DNA of 64,000 bases, taken from Cenococcum geophilum. Taxonomy: Eukaryota. Each line of letters begins with the position of its first letter. Within the stretch, counting starts at the first letter, position 1. Below the pieces are notes generated by a model. It had not been told where the DNA came from and made no database searches. It worked only from the letters and a program-made list of their open reading frames with translations. A program made the translations under genes and the position numbers. Where the stretch lies: contig CP158635.1 of NCBI GenBank assembly GCA_050273025.1, positions 23,250,001 through 23,314,000 of the forward strand, in the 5' to 3' direction. Positions 25,848-39,968 of the stretch are shown here, one piece after another.

Positions 25848-28800
25848 TGTTACGGACGCTTTAAGTATAATATTACGACTACTTAGGGAAGAGTCGGAAG
25901 AAGCTAGTTGGTTAATTTAGGTATGGTCTAAGATGGAACCGGTAGAACTATGTGACGAGGAATGGTAACCAAAGTTATATAATATGCTACGTATTAAACG
26001 AGAGGAATAAGAGGAACTTACGTACCTTACGTATAAGACGTATATTACGTATAAGAAAGATTTTATAGGAGTATGGTTGTGTATTTAAGGACCCTTAGTC
26101 CCTACCTAGATAGTTCCTTCTTTATAGTAATTCTCAGAATATAATTAGAGTTAATCTATTAGGCAACCACTCCACCAGTTATTATTATGTTGTTAACTTT
26201 AATTTATATTACCTATACACCTAGCCTAATAATAAGCCTATTGTAGTACTTGCTATAAAGTTCCGTTATACAATTACTACCTAGTTACGGTATTAAATAT
26301 AAAAAGTTAAATAATATGCTACCAAAAGCAGCCACCACAACGCCATTAACAGCGGCAACTACTTTAAGGTTAGGTAACACCAGTATAGTAGATACTAACT
26401 TATAGTAACCTATAACGGTCGGACAACTATAAGAGATAGTTAACTAGTTAATAACAAACAATATAGTACTAGAAGAAAGGGTTAATGGGATTAGAGCAAT
26501 AAAGATTAAGCTACCATTAATTAAAAGGTACTTAGGAGAAAGATTAAAGCTTAAGGGGTTTCTTACCCAAATGCACTTTAAAGTTACGCAAGAAGGGGTA
26601 AAGCTACTAATACCTATGGATTAAATAGCCTACGTAGGACTATTCCTGTCAGGAAGAGCACTTAAGTAGTTTAAGTCTTACCTTATGGAAATATAGGCAA
26701 ATGGAATAACGACCACTAATTAAAAGGTGCAATTTATGTTCTTAAGCTAGGAGGGGTTTATGGAGCAACTTACGTAAATATTTAGAGACCCGGAGGCAGT
26801 TACTACGGCAAAAAGAAAACTCTAAGATATTACGTAACAAACCTTAGCAATTAAGTACATAACGTAGTTCTAGACGCTAGCTATATAAATTAAGTGGAAT
26901 AATAAGGCGCTTATAGCATAGTATAAACAGGGATTTAAAGCTAAAGTCTAGGACGTGATTATTCTAATGGAAGATGTGGATACCCTAAGGGAGTTAATAG
27001 ATTAAGTAATTAAGATTAATAATTAGATCTACTAAAGGAAACAGGCTAAGAGAGGCTAGGATAGAGTTCTATAGTTATATAAGGCGTAAAGTACGCAACG
27101 ACTAAAGCTAAGTTAGAAACTATAGTATGGTATAGAACTAATAGACCTAAGTAGTACTAAAGAAACCTATAAGAGATGGAATAAGAAACTATAAAAACCT
27201 AAAGGTTAAGGATTTAGTAATTACAGGACTAAGAAGCAGAGGCTAAACCAGGGATTTTAGTAGTAGAAGACGTTTAGGTGGACTCTATAGCAAAGTTAGT
27301 AGTTTAAGGACGGAGCTTACATAAATTACGGAAAATAAGGTCACTTTGCGAGGGATTGCAAAGATGGTTAAAAGTACTATATAATAAAGGGAACTAGACT
27401 AATAGCAGAAGACATATATATATAGAGGGACGATAGTGTACTACAAGGAACAAAAGAATGTTTAATTAAAAGTTTTGCGTTTTATTATAATAGCATATGC
27501 TAAGTTTATAAAGACGCTAAGTATAGCGCAAGCTATTAGCTATAGGAGCCAAAATCCTTAGAATATAGGGGAACCAACGAACCAGTTTGTAGATTGGATA
27601 TTAAGGACGATAAGTTTAACGTAGGCGAAATATTTTATAACGATAAGGCGATAAGGGCAGCTTACTAGGAGTATATAGACCTTAGAGATATTATACTAGA
27701 GGTAGAGAATAATTCCACTATAGAACAGGGAATATTAGTAGGGATTAAGACCCTACTAAATACGATGTCTATCACTTTATAAGATGTAAGAGAAGTAGAA
27801 TAGCAAACTACTTTAGCACTTAATAAAGGCAAAAGGCTAAAGGCTTAAGATTCTTAAGACGAGATAAGAGATAACTAAGATTCTTAAAACAAAATAAGGC
27901 AAGCTTAAGGACCTATAATAGACGATAACCGATAGAGTAGAGTAATGGCTTAGTTTAAAGATATATAAATAAGCTCGGGATAGAGTTTCATATAGGTATA
28001 AAACTCTTAAGATAAGATAAGTAAGATTTAAGACTTTTAAGACGAGATGAGAATACCTAAGCCTAGTTAGACTAAGGCAGAAGCTAAGCTTAAGTTAGGA
28101 GTAAGCTTAGGATTAAAGAATCTAAGGGACTAAAAATTTGGAGTGTGAATAAGAACACCTATAAGTAAGAGGTAAGAGGTTTCTTTATAGATTAGAGAAT
28201 CTATAGTACAAATAGTAGTTAGACTAGGAGATAGATATATAGACCCGGAAGACTTACTAGGAGAACGCAGTGTTTAGCCTAAAGATTAAAAGGTTAATAC
28301 TAAGATTAAGAAGTAAGATAACTTTAAGGATTTACTTATAAGACGTAAAAAGCAAGAAACTATAGAGGAATTTAGAGCAAGAATTACCTTATAGTAAGAT
28401 TAGAAACTAGATAAGAGATCTAGCCTACTAGGACGTATAAGGGACAGAGCACCTGTATAAAGGATTACCAATAGGCCTAGAGTAGGTATACTAAGAGCTA
28501 AGTAGCTTACTAAACTGGAATAAGAAGAGGATTTAGGGATTCTAATTAGGTTTAAAGAACGATATATAAAGGGCTGTTACGATATAGTAATAAAAAGATA
28601 CTTCCTTATAAATGAACTATATACACTCTAGTAGTTATACCAAAGGTGGTATAAATAGAGGCACAATAATAAGTAGGAAGATTTCTATATATAGTTAGAC
28701 GAGAAAGTTATTTAAGACCACCTAATTACGGAAAAGGCTATAAGTTACATTAAAGGAGCCTTAATTATAATATTAAAAGATCTAAAGGAGCAATTAGAGG

Positions 28801-31800
28801 ACTAGAGAAGCAAGAGGTAAATTATAGTACCTGTAAATAAAGTTGCAACGCTTAGATTAACATAAGAAAGGTTTAAACTTAAGAAAGAAGATAAACTAAG
28901 AGTTAACCTAAGACACTAAGTATATTATATATTGGTATAGATTATATATATAGATAATGCGTATAATATATATAGAGCACCTAAGGACAAGAACCGGAAG
29001 TACCTAGTAAGGATATACTAGTTATTAGATAAGGCGAAATATAGAAATGCTAAGTATATATATAGTTAGCACCTAGTAAAAGTGCAAAGCTAAGGGGACT
29101 TAATACTTTAACTAGGAAGATTCCTTATAGAAGAATGCCTAGATAGATAATAGTGGTAAGAGTGCCCAGAGAACACGTATCTATAGTATATTAAAGACAA
29201 AAAGCGAATTAAGTATTAGCTAATAGTTAGGAAAAGTAGAGGCCTATAGGACTAGAGGGAACTAGTGGTAGAGCCTTAGACCCTTAAGGGAATTTAAGGA
29301 TAACACCTAAATTTACGAGTTAAGTGGCAAGATTAACAGTTTAAGGCATTAATAGATAGTGGAGTAATAAGAAACCACATCTTATTAATAGTAGTTAAAA
29401 GAATAGGATTACTATATAGGAAAAAAGAGCATCTTTACTTATTAGTAACAATTTTAGGAGATCTAATAGCCTACGGAGGAGGCATTATTAATCTTAAAAC
29501 AGGACCTATTTAGTTAACTATTAAAGGGAGATAAATTAAGATGTCTTTTGATATATTACTATTAGGAAATAATAAGGCAGTACTAGGAATGCCTTAGTTA
29601 TAGAAATATAATCTAAATATCGATTAGGTTATAGGTCAGGTTAATATTAGAGATACTTAACACCGTAAGATGCGATAGTAAGCTAAGTTGGTATAGTACT
29701 AAGTAGAAGCGACCTACAAAGAAACGGAAAAAGGATTAGGCTATATACTAAAAAAATACTATAAGTACGGCAAAAAACTATAGTTACCGGAAAGTGAAAA
29801 GTTGTTAGAATATGCAGTATAGGACTATAAGATAGAATTAGAACTAGGAATAAGTCTAAGGTTCTTTCTAATCTATAAGCTTACTAAAGAAGAAGGTAGA
29901 GCATTAAAAGAGTTTGTCTAGGAAAATCTATAAAAGGGATATATTAGACCATCGCAGTTATTAGCGGGGTATCCAGTACTATTTGTACCAAAAAAGAATA
30001 GTAAACTAAGGCTGTATATCAACTATAAATAGTTAAACAGTATTACTAGGAAGGATAGGTATTTTTTACCCTTAATTAGCGAAATCTAAGATAGGATAGG
30101 TAACGTATAAATCTTTATAAAAATAGATCTAAGATAGGCGTACCATTAGATTAGAATTAAGGAAGGCGATAAATGGAAGGCAGCCTTTAAGTTAAAGGAA
30201 GGACTATATAAACCATTAGTTATACAATTTAGGCTTATAAACGCACTAGCAACGTTCTAGAAGCGCATTAACAACGTATTAGAAGAACACTTAGATAAAT
30301 TTATTATAGCATATTTTAATAACATTATCATCTACTTAATAACTAAAGAAAAGCACGAAGAATACGTTAAATAGGTCTTAAAGAAACTATAGGAAGAATA
30401 GATGCTAGTAGTAATTAAGAAATACGAGTTCTTTACTAGGAAGACCGATTTCGTTAAATTTATTATTAAACTAGGCTAACTTAGCATAGATCTAAAGAAA
30501 ATTAAGGCTATAGTAAATTAGTAAGAACTAGAGAACGTTACGCAGCTAAGATTGTTTTTAGGGTTTTATAATTACTGTAGAAGGTTTATAGCGTAATAGT
30601 TAAAAGATATTAAACCATTTACGCGATTAACGAAGAAGGAAGAACTATAGGTATAGGGAAAGGAACAGCAGAAATTATTTAAGGAAGTTAAAAAGTTATT
30701 TACCTAAAAGCTAGTTCTTAAGATCTATTAACTAGGACTAGAGACAGTTATAGAAATAAATATATTAGACTTTATACTAAGGGCGTACTTTATATAGAAA
30801 TATTAAAATAGATAGCACCTAGTGGCATACTATAGTTAGAAGATAATACTACTAGAGTTAAACTATAACATTTATAATAAGGAGTTATTAGGTATAGTTA
30901 TAGTACTAAAGAAATAAAAAGCATTTTTGCAAGGTATAAAGAAACTATTTATAGTTAAAACGGATTATAAGAACCTAATAGGATTCCTAATAACGAAGGA
31001 ACTTAATTAAAGATAGGTTAGATAGGTAGAGATGCTTACAGAATACTATTTTAAGATTTAGTATACTAAGGGTATAGATAATATATAAGCAGATGCTTTA
31101 AGTTAAAAGGCTAAACTATAAAGCAACAAAAGGCTATTAGGGGCTTTACTGCAAAAAGATATAGATAGACTAATTAGGTATAATTATCTAAAGATTATAA
31201 TAACTTAAGAGAAACTAGATAGAGTTTATAAGTTACTAAAAAGCTTTTGGGTATAAAGAATTCTAAAAGTATAACTAGAAGATCTACAGACGGATATATA
31301 CGAAAATTAAGAAGTAAAGTATATCCTAAAAAGTATAGCAGAGTAATTTATAGAAGAATTCTATAAAGGATTAACTTAAGGACATAATAGAGCCATGGGC
31401 TTAGTGTTAAGACTTTAGGAGGAGTATATTATTAACGGGATCTAGGGCCTAGCGTAAAAGGTTATAAAAGAATATCTAGATTACTAAAGGAATAAACTAA
31501 TAAGACATAAGCTATATAGAGGGCTACAACCTATTAAAATACTAAAGAGACTATAGGAGGTCATATTATGGGACTTTATTATTAAGTTGCTAAGATTAAG
31601 AGATCCTATTACTAAATAAGATTATAATGCGATCTTAGTAATAGTAGATAAGCTTATAAAGTAGGGATACTTTATAGCGTATACAGAAGAAATATTAGTA
31701 GAAGATGTTGCTAAAATCTATATTAAGGAAGTGTTTATAAGACATGGAGCACTAAGTAAGATTATATTGGACAGAGATCTAAGATTTGTAGCAGTATTTA

Positions 31801-33721
31801 AGGAGGTATTCTTAGCAGAATAAGGAGTTAGAGCAGCAACTTCTATCGTATATTATCCGCAGATAGACGGCTAAATAGAAAGATTAAATTAGACACTAGA
31901 GCAGTATCTAAGACACTATATTAATCACATGTAGAATAATTAGGTATTATTATTACTAGTTATATAGTTTGCATATAATGCAACACCTTAAGAAGGAATA
32001 GGTATATTACTATTTAAGGCGAATTACGGATATAAGCTAAAAATATCATTATTACTATAGCTAAAGAAAGAATAAAGACGTTAATAAATCTTTATACAGA
32101 CCTTATGGAATTAATAAAGAAAGTATAAGAGAGAATGAAAAGGTACTATAATGCTAAGAGATCTAAGGGACTAGATCTTAAGGAGAGAGATAAAGTATAG
32201 CTACTATATAAAAATTTCAAAAGTTAACGACTAAGTAAGAAGTTAGACTACGTTAGACTAGAACCTTTTAAAATTAAGTAAAAAATTTTACTAGTTACGT
32301 TTAAGTTAAACCTACTAGCTAAAATAAAGATCTACCCTATATAGCATATTGTAATGCTAGAGTTAGTATATAGGAATGTTAAGCTATCGGTTTACAAAGC
32401 AGATACGTATAAAGGATAAGAAGAAGACAAATAGCAAGTTTCGAAGGTTATTAGTTATAAGGATATTAATAATAAAATATAGTATAAGGTAAAGTGGATA
32501 GGCTAAAACGAGATTACCTAGGAGCTACTAGAGAACCTAAAGAACGCTATAGAAAAGGTATAGGAGTATTAGAAGAAATTAGGTTAGGGAGTATTAATAA
32601 AGAAGGATTACTAAAAAATAAGTTACCTAAGGGGGACCTAAGAAGAGCAGTTGCCGAGCTACTTAGATCTATTTACTTCTTGGCAAAAAGAGAATCCATT
32701 TTTTTATTACTAAGTTCCTATAGACTCTATTCTATAAGTTTCTACTCCTTAAAACGGACCTTCTTATAAACCTTCTTAAGGTGAAGTAATTAAGTAGATG
32801 CCGCGATATAAGTATCTAGGGCCTTCTATTCCGTATTACGAGAGCGTTTTAACTTAGTAAGAGCTTAAGATAGTTTACTACCTAGCCGCGTAGCAGTAGA
32901 TTAAATATAAGACCCTAAGATAAATTAATTAGGGAACTAGACGACTATTAAGAGTAATAAACCACGTATATTTAGTATTAGAGGAGGAGTAAATATCGCA
33001 GGACGAACAAATATTTGCTTTAGTGCACTCCGAGCAAAAAAACGGTTGTTGTGAAAATGGGTTCGCTAATATAACGCAAAATAACCCCTTTTTCAAGTAG
33101 TAAGAATATAGAGACGGTATAATCTTATTAAGAGATAATATTGCAGTAATAGTGCGAGCACGACGTTGGGCGTATAAAGAAAAAATTGCTTTAGGTATAA
33201 TAAGTAATAATATTAACTAAATTAATTAGACAGATATTACACCTCTAGTAAATAACTTAGAGATATTAGGAATCTTTAAAGACGAAGATAAAGAGAAGGG
33301 AGATGGTATTACGGACGCTTTAAGTATAATGTTATAACTATTTAGGGAAGAGTTGGGAGAAGCTAGTTAGTTAATTTAGGTATAGTCTAGGATAGAATTG
33401 GTAGAACTATATAACGAGGAATAGTAACCAAGGTTATATAATGTGCTATATATTAAATAAGAGGAATAAGAGGAACTTACGTACCTTATATATAAGACGT
33501 ATATTACGTATAAGAAGGATTTTATAGAAATACGGTTGTGTATTTAAGGACCCTACCTAGATAATTCCTTCCTTATAGTAATTCTTAGAATATAATTAGA
33601 GTTAATCTATTAGGCAACCACTCCACCAGTTATTATTACGTTGTTAACTTTAATTTGTATTACCTACATACCTAGCCCAATAACGAGCCTATCGTAGTAC
33701 TTACTATAAGGTTCCGTTACA
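25848..33721 (+). mobile_element. Gypsy element D nested in C; LTRs 25848-26270 and 33307-33721; TSD CAGAC/TAGAC
   Basis: Matching ~420 bp LTRs; PPT aaagagaagggagatgg; gag with knuckle relic YINYGK*GHFARDC (~27320-27360); protease ALIDSG (~29345); RT, RNase H, integrase and chromodomain relics. TSD differs by one RIP-type C>T change. Confidence 0.93.
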
Positions 33722-36700
33722 TAGACGAAACCGCTAAAAGTATACTAGTAGCATCTAAGCCATTTTCTAAATCTTAAAACGATTAGATATTTACGAATGC
33801 TAAAGACTAGTTTAACTTATATACCTAGGCTTAACAGGAGCTTAGTAAGGTTACTAGCGTTTTACCTAATACCGCTAATATAAAGGAGCTAGATAAGCTA
33901 GCTAAGAAAATAGCTAATATATAGAGTATTATTGATTTAATAAAGCCCTTTTATTGCCTCTTTAATAAAGAGTATAAGTTACGTAGCGAATACATACACC
34001 AAATAAATCTTAATGCCCTAGTTAAGAAGTTACTACCTAATATTAGCGGTACTACTTAACAGTATTTTAACTAGTGGATTGCCGCAGTTGAGAACTAATT
34101 TAAGGTTAATGACGCTAACTATAACTATAAGTAACGCACGCGCTAGGCCATTAAAGGTTTTGCAAAAGAGAAGATAATTGCCTAACTAGTTTATTACCAG
34201 TTAGGCACTAAGGATAAGGGTTCTTTACTATAGGATAAATTTAAGACTATAGTTTAAGACTAGATTAGGAACTCTATAGTAAGACGCTTTAATAATACTA
34301 TAATGTACTATACGGCTGTTATAAAGAAGAACTAGAGGTTTAACGTTTTTCTAGCCCATATACGTAGCTTAGAGGACCTCTTCTTATATACCCCTTTTAT
34401 TAATTCTAAATAATAGGTAGACTTTTAGTTCTTATATCTTCTAGCCCACCTATAAGTAAAGCTCTTCCGCCAGAACTTTACCTAATAGGTAAGAACCGCT
34501 AAAGACCTCTTTAATAAAATCCACTATGTAGAGTAATTACTTAATACTATAAAGCTCACGGAAGATTGCGTAAGTAGTAGCGGTAAATTATTGCGTATAA
34601 AGCGTGGTTGTAGTATAGGCTCCGTAGAGTTAGGCTTAGGGAATAAAACCTAAAAAGGGTAATACTTTTTTAAGTAAACTTCTAGGGAGACTATCTAAAA
34701 GCTAAATAGCTTAGGGGACCCCCCGGACGCTAGTGCTACGTAGGCGAGTTAAAGAACCGTAGGCGGCCACCGTAAGGAATACTAGAAGTAGGCTAATAAA
34801 AAGAAGTTAGCTTAGGCTTTAGAAAACTTAAGACTTTAGTAGCGTATCTTTCTTAACTATAACTAGGGCCTAATATAGAGGGAAAGAAGAAACGTATTAT
34901 AGTATATATTGTAATAGATATACCCTAGGGTAAAGTCCGTCTACGTACTTTATATAATAATAGGTGCCAAATTAACCTTATTAATTAAGATGTTGTCTAT
35001 AGGTTTAACCTGCCTATATACTACGCGCTACGTTTATATAAACCTATTATATATTTTTAAATAGTAACTAGATAATAATCTAGGATACTTACAATCTAAC
35101 GATTACTACTAGCGACTTCTAGGGTATCTCTTGTACTATTAGCCCGCAGATCTTTTAGGGCGGCTTATTTAATAGTTATAATATAGTTTTTAGATAGGAT
35201 TGGATCGCGGAAGTAGATCTATTAATTAGCTTCTATTTTAGACAATTTATTTAGGGTACTTTAGACCCTAGACACCTTTAAATAGTTACCCTTAATGCTT
35301 TTCTAGTAGATATTAAGGCTGGCGAAATAATCTATTCGCTATAGCTAGAAGACTTCTTTTTTACGCCGGTTGTAAATATAATAGAGGACCTATTATTACT
35401 GGCAGTAAGTACTTATACAGACCCTTTAAATATAGAGATACCAGTTATAAATATAGTAGAGGACCTGCCGTTACTAGCAGCGAGTACCTATAGAGACCCT
35501 CCAGTGCTAGCGCAGATTACCTATACGTAAGGGGGAGGTAATTAAAACCCTAAAACTATTAAGTATACTATAGCAGAGCTGTATACACTCTCTATGCGAG
35601 CATATCTGTAAAACATATATTGGCCGCACCCTTTTCTTTACTAGCTTTTAGAAGCACACTACTATATAATAGTTGCTTTGACCTTTATAGCCTCTAGCTT
35701 ACTAGAGGTATATAAGGAGGAAATTAATATCTTCTCTAATAAGCTAGTAAGTATACTACTGTAGAACTCTAAGTATAACTATATAATCGACTTAAAAAAA
35801 GGTAAAACACTACCGTAAATGCCTCTTTATAACCTCTTATAGAAAGAGTTACAGATCTTATAAGAGTACTTAGATAGTGCTCTTAAAAAGGGCTAGATTA
35901 GGCCTAGTAAGTCGCCTACTAGAGCGCCTATTCTCTTTATGCCGAAAGCAGACGGTATAATGCGGCTATATATTGACTACAGACGCCTAAATAAGATTAC
36001 AATTAAAAATCGGTACCCCCTACTGCTGGTCGGCGAACTCTTTAATAGGCTTAGCTATGCGAAGATATTTATAAAGCTAGATCTTTATAATGCGTACTAT
36101 AGGATTTATATTAAAAAGGGAGATAAATAGAAGACTGTATTTAAGACACGTTACGGTCACTTTAAGTACCTAGTAATGCCCTTTAGTCTTACCAACGTCT
36201 TTATAACTTTTTAGAGCTACATTTATAAAGCTCTAGAAACCTTAGTGGATACTATCTACGTAGTTTACCTAGATAATATTCTTATCTACTTAAATAACAA
36301 GGATAAGCACGTCAAGTACGTCAAGTAGGTACTGCAACAGCTCCGCGCTTAGGGCCTATATACTAAACTGTTAAAATATATCTTTTATATTAAGAACGTT
36401 AAGTTTCTAGGCTTTATTATTACCCCTAGGGGTATTATAATAGACCTTAACCGCGTAAAAGCTATTAAGGAATAGCCTAAGCCTAAGTTCTATAGGGATA
36501 TCTAGGTCTTCCTTAGCTTTGCTAACTTCTATAGGCGATTTATCTAGAACTACTTAGATACCGTATACCCCCTACACGTATATCTTATATAGGCACACCG
36601 CGACCCAACATTAGATAGGGAGAAGAAGAAGAAGCGTAAGTTAAAAGGGCCTACTAAATAGCATTAACCTTGGTCCTAGCCTAATAACGTATAATAGGCG

Positions 36701-39700
36701 TTTTGTAAGCTACGCGCTGCATTTACGCAGGCCCCTCTACTTCGCCACTTTAACTTTAATCTACCCCTAATAGTGATTACTAACGCTTCCAATTATACCT
36801 ATAGCGGTATACTTCTGCAGCCTTTAGGGTAAGGAGATTAACTCTACTAGTTCCCAATCGCTTATTATAGTTAAAAGCTTACTAGCCTAGAAGTACGGTA
36901 TAATACGCATAATAAAGAACTACTCGCTATAGTGTAATGCTTTAAGATATAGCGCTATTACCTTAAATTCGCCGCGTATATAACGCGCGTGCTCTATAAT
37001 TACAATAATCTTAGGTACTTTATAACCACTAAAAGCTTATCTACTTACTAGGCCTTATACGCTAAGAAACTAGCTAAGTTTAATTTTAAGATTAAATATA
37101 AGCTAGGTAAGGCAAATCCCGCTAATATACTATTTTAGCGCCTGGATTATACTAAAGGCTTTAAAGATAGTAGTAAGAGGACAATTCTTAATGCTATGCT
37201 ACCTATATTGCAGTAAAAGTTGCGGGTTATAGGCCTTATAGGCGGCCCTAGTACTACTACACTAAACTAGCGAGTAGCATGCGTATAGTATACAAGCAAC
37301 CCTTACGAATTTAGCGCCGGCGGATTAGAGCGTTCTGCTATTCTCTTTAAGACCACTCCGACTAACCTAATAGCGCTTAACCCTAGAAAAGACCCCTTAG
37401 CCTAGGCTACGGTCCCCTATAATAACTTAGCGAGTTACCTGTATATAATATATTACTTCGCTAGCACCAACTTTACGTAGAGTCTCGTGCTATAGTAAGA
37501 AGTAGTAGTAGCTACTTTAGCTAAAACGGCGTTTATGGAACAAACCCCTAAGTTACTAGTTAATTTTATTTATAGAGTATAAAAAAGGAACGCCTTTACA
37601 CGCTCTATATATAATTAGTTAACCTAAAAATAAGTTCCTATTAGTAATAAGAACTATACCCTTAATAATTAAGGACTTCTAAGGCAAAATAACAAGGTTT
37701 AGGTGCTAAATTATATACTATTGCAATAAAAGATTCTTAAGCGGAATTATAACAATTCTATAGGCGGCCACTATAGTTTTAACCATACTTTTAAGGTAAT
37801 TATATAAAAGTATACTTAGAACGGCCTTACCTAGGACCTCTATAAATACCTAGATAATTACAATACCTACTAACGCTCCAAATCGCGCCACTATAAACCC
37901 TATAGTAAGCTGCAGCCTCTCTAGGCCCCTACCCGAGCCTAGCGGCATTATTTACTTAACTTTATTATAGATCTTTTAGAGTCTAAGACTTCTAATAGCG
38001 TAGAGTATAACTCCGTTTTTATCCTTATAGACCGTTTTATAAAGCTAGTACGCTACTATCTAGTGCGTAAGATAATTAATACCACGCAACTTGCAGAACT
38101 TTTATTTAGAGTCTTTGTGTAAATAGGGCCTTTAGATAATATCGTCTCTAATAGAGGTAGTGTATTTATAAGCAAGTACTAAAGCATTATATATTACCAT
38201 CTCCGCGTTTAACGTAAACTTAGCACTATATTTTACCCGTAGATAGATAGTTAGATAAAGCGTTAGAACTAGAAGCTTAAGGTATATCTACGTATATTTA
38301 CGAACTGGGAATAGTCTAATTAGGCCTCCCTACTTAAAGAAACAGCCTTTATTTATAACTCTAAGGTCTATACTATAATAAAGCGTTCCCCTATTAAGCT
38401 CGTTTATGGCTAGCTACTAAACGTTTTAAATAGAGTTTTGGATAGCGTCTAAGACGCCTAGTAAGGTAGGGAGGAGTTTAAGTTGACAAATGTCTAACTC
38501 GCAAAGACGTATCTATAACGCCTGCGCCTTATACGTAAGATAGCGGCAGCGTTAATAATACACGCCTAAAAGCTTTAGGTAAAATACTATAATCGTTACC
38601 ACCTAGCTAAGCACTTCGCCGTCAGTAAATAAGTCCTACTCTCCTCCAAGAACATCTATATAAAACGTCCCTATAAAAAGCTTAACTACAAGTTTATAGG
38701 ACCGTTTTAGATTCTAGAGCGTGTAAGGCAGCAAGTATATAAGTTAGAGCTTTTATTTACTATAGTATAGCTCCACCTAGTCTTTTATATCTCCCTACTA
38801 GAGCCTTACAGGTTACGCCCTGGGTTTTAACCCCCGGCAGTAAAAGAGCTTAAAGAAGGCAGCTAGGAAGTAGAAGTAATTATTACCTAAGATTATACTA
38901 AATAACCGCAGTACCTTATTAAATGGCTAGGATGGCTAAATAAGTATAATAAATAAAAATATAAGACAGAACTTAAGAATTGTTAATAACTATTAGATAA
39001 GTACTGCAAGCGGGACACCCTAGCCTTATAGCCAAAGCGCAGGCGAAAAGTAAGCGCCGCTATTAAAATATAATCTATATTAAAGCGGAATAGAGGACGT
39101 TTAAAGGGATTAAAGAACAAGTAATAATTGCTATAACTTATAGGCGAGGCCACGGCGTATGCTAGTAACAAAGCTTAATTTAAAAAGCACCCTTTCTAGA
39201 CCTAGTCCGTCACTCTATACTAGCTAAGTAGATTGTTTATATATTAGAGAATAGGCCCGTTTATAACTAGGGTCTATTTAACTAGGGTCCACGACCTGCT
39301 GGTGACCCGCTGGTAGTAACCTATATTAATAACTTATACTATTCCACGTATATACTACGCAGGCAACGTATAAGATTAAAATATAAGTTAGCGGCGGGTC
39401 TAACGGGCATATAGCCTTACTGTCCTAATCTGGCTGTATATAAATATTTTATAACCTACCCACAAAGTATATACGGCGCTACACTGGTATAGCGTAAGGC
39501 CAAAGCAGGGTTAGCGGCGGATTTAATAGGTATATAGCCTTACCGTTTACGAATCTGGCTATATATAAATAACCTATAATCTACCCGCGAGGTACTAGCA
39601 ACCTACCTATATAAGCGAGCTTTAGAATATTTCTAGTCTACTAAATTTAGGCAACGGTATTAAGCTCCACTAGCTCTACCTATTAAATAAACTAATTAGG

Positions 39701-39968
39701 ATTTTCCATACCAGGTATATAAAATCGCTACTAGCTTAGTTAAATGTGGGGGAGTCTTAGCAAGGCAAATCTGACTAATTAGATAACTTTAACCGCCAGT
39801 CAAAGTTTTTTAATATCTTCGCGCCGCGTATATATACTACCCGTCTCTCTATACACAAAATTAAAACACTCTTTTTCCTCTAAATTTTTTCCTTACTAAG
39901 GTTTTTTATAGGGTTTTATTAAGGCTTAAGTATATAAAGGATTGGGGACGACCCTTTTTAAAGGGGGG

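Noticed and set aside
35939..36130. 63-aa RT-like ORF as a functional gene
   Set aside because: A surviving stop-free fragment of element C's RT; surrounding pol is full of stops.
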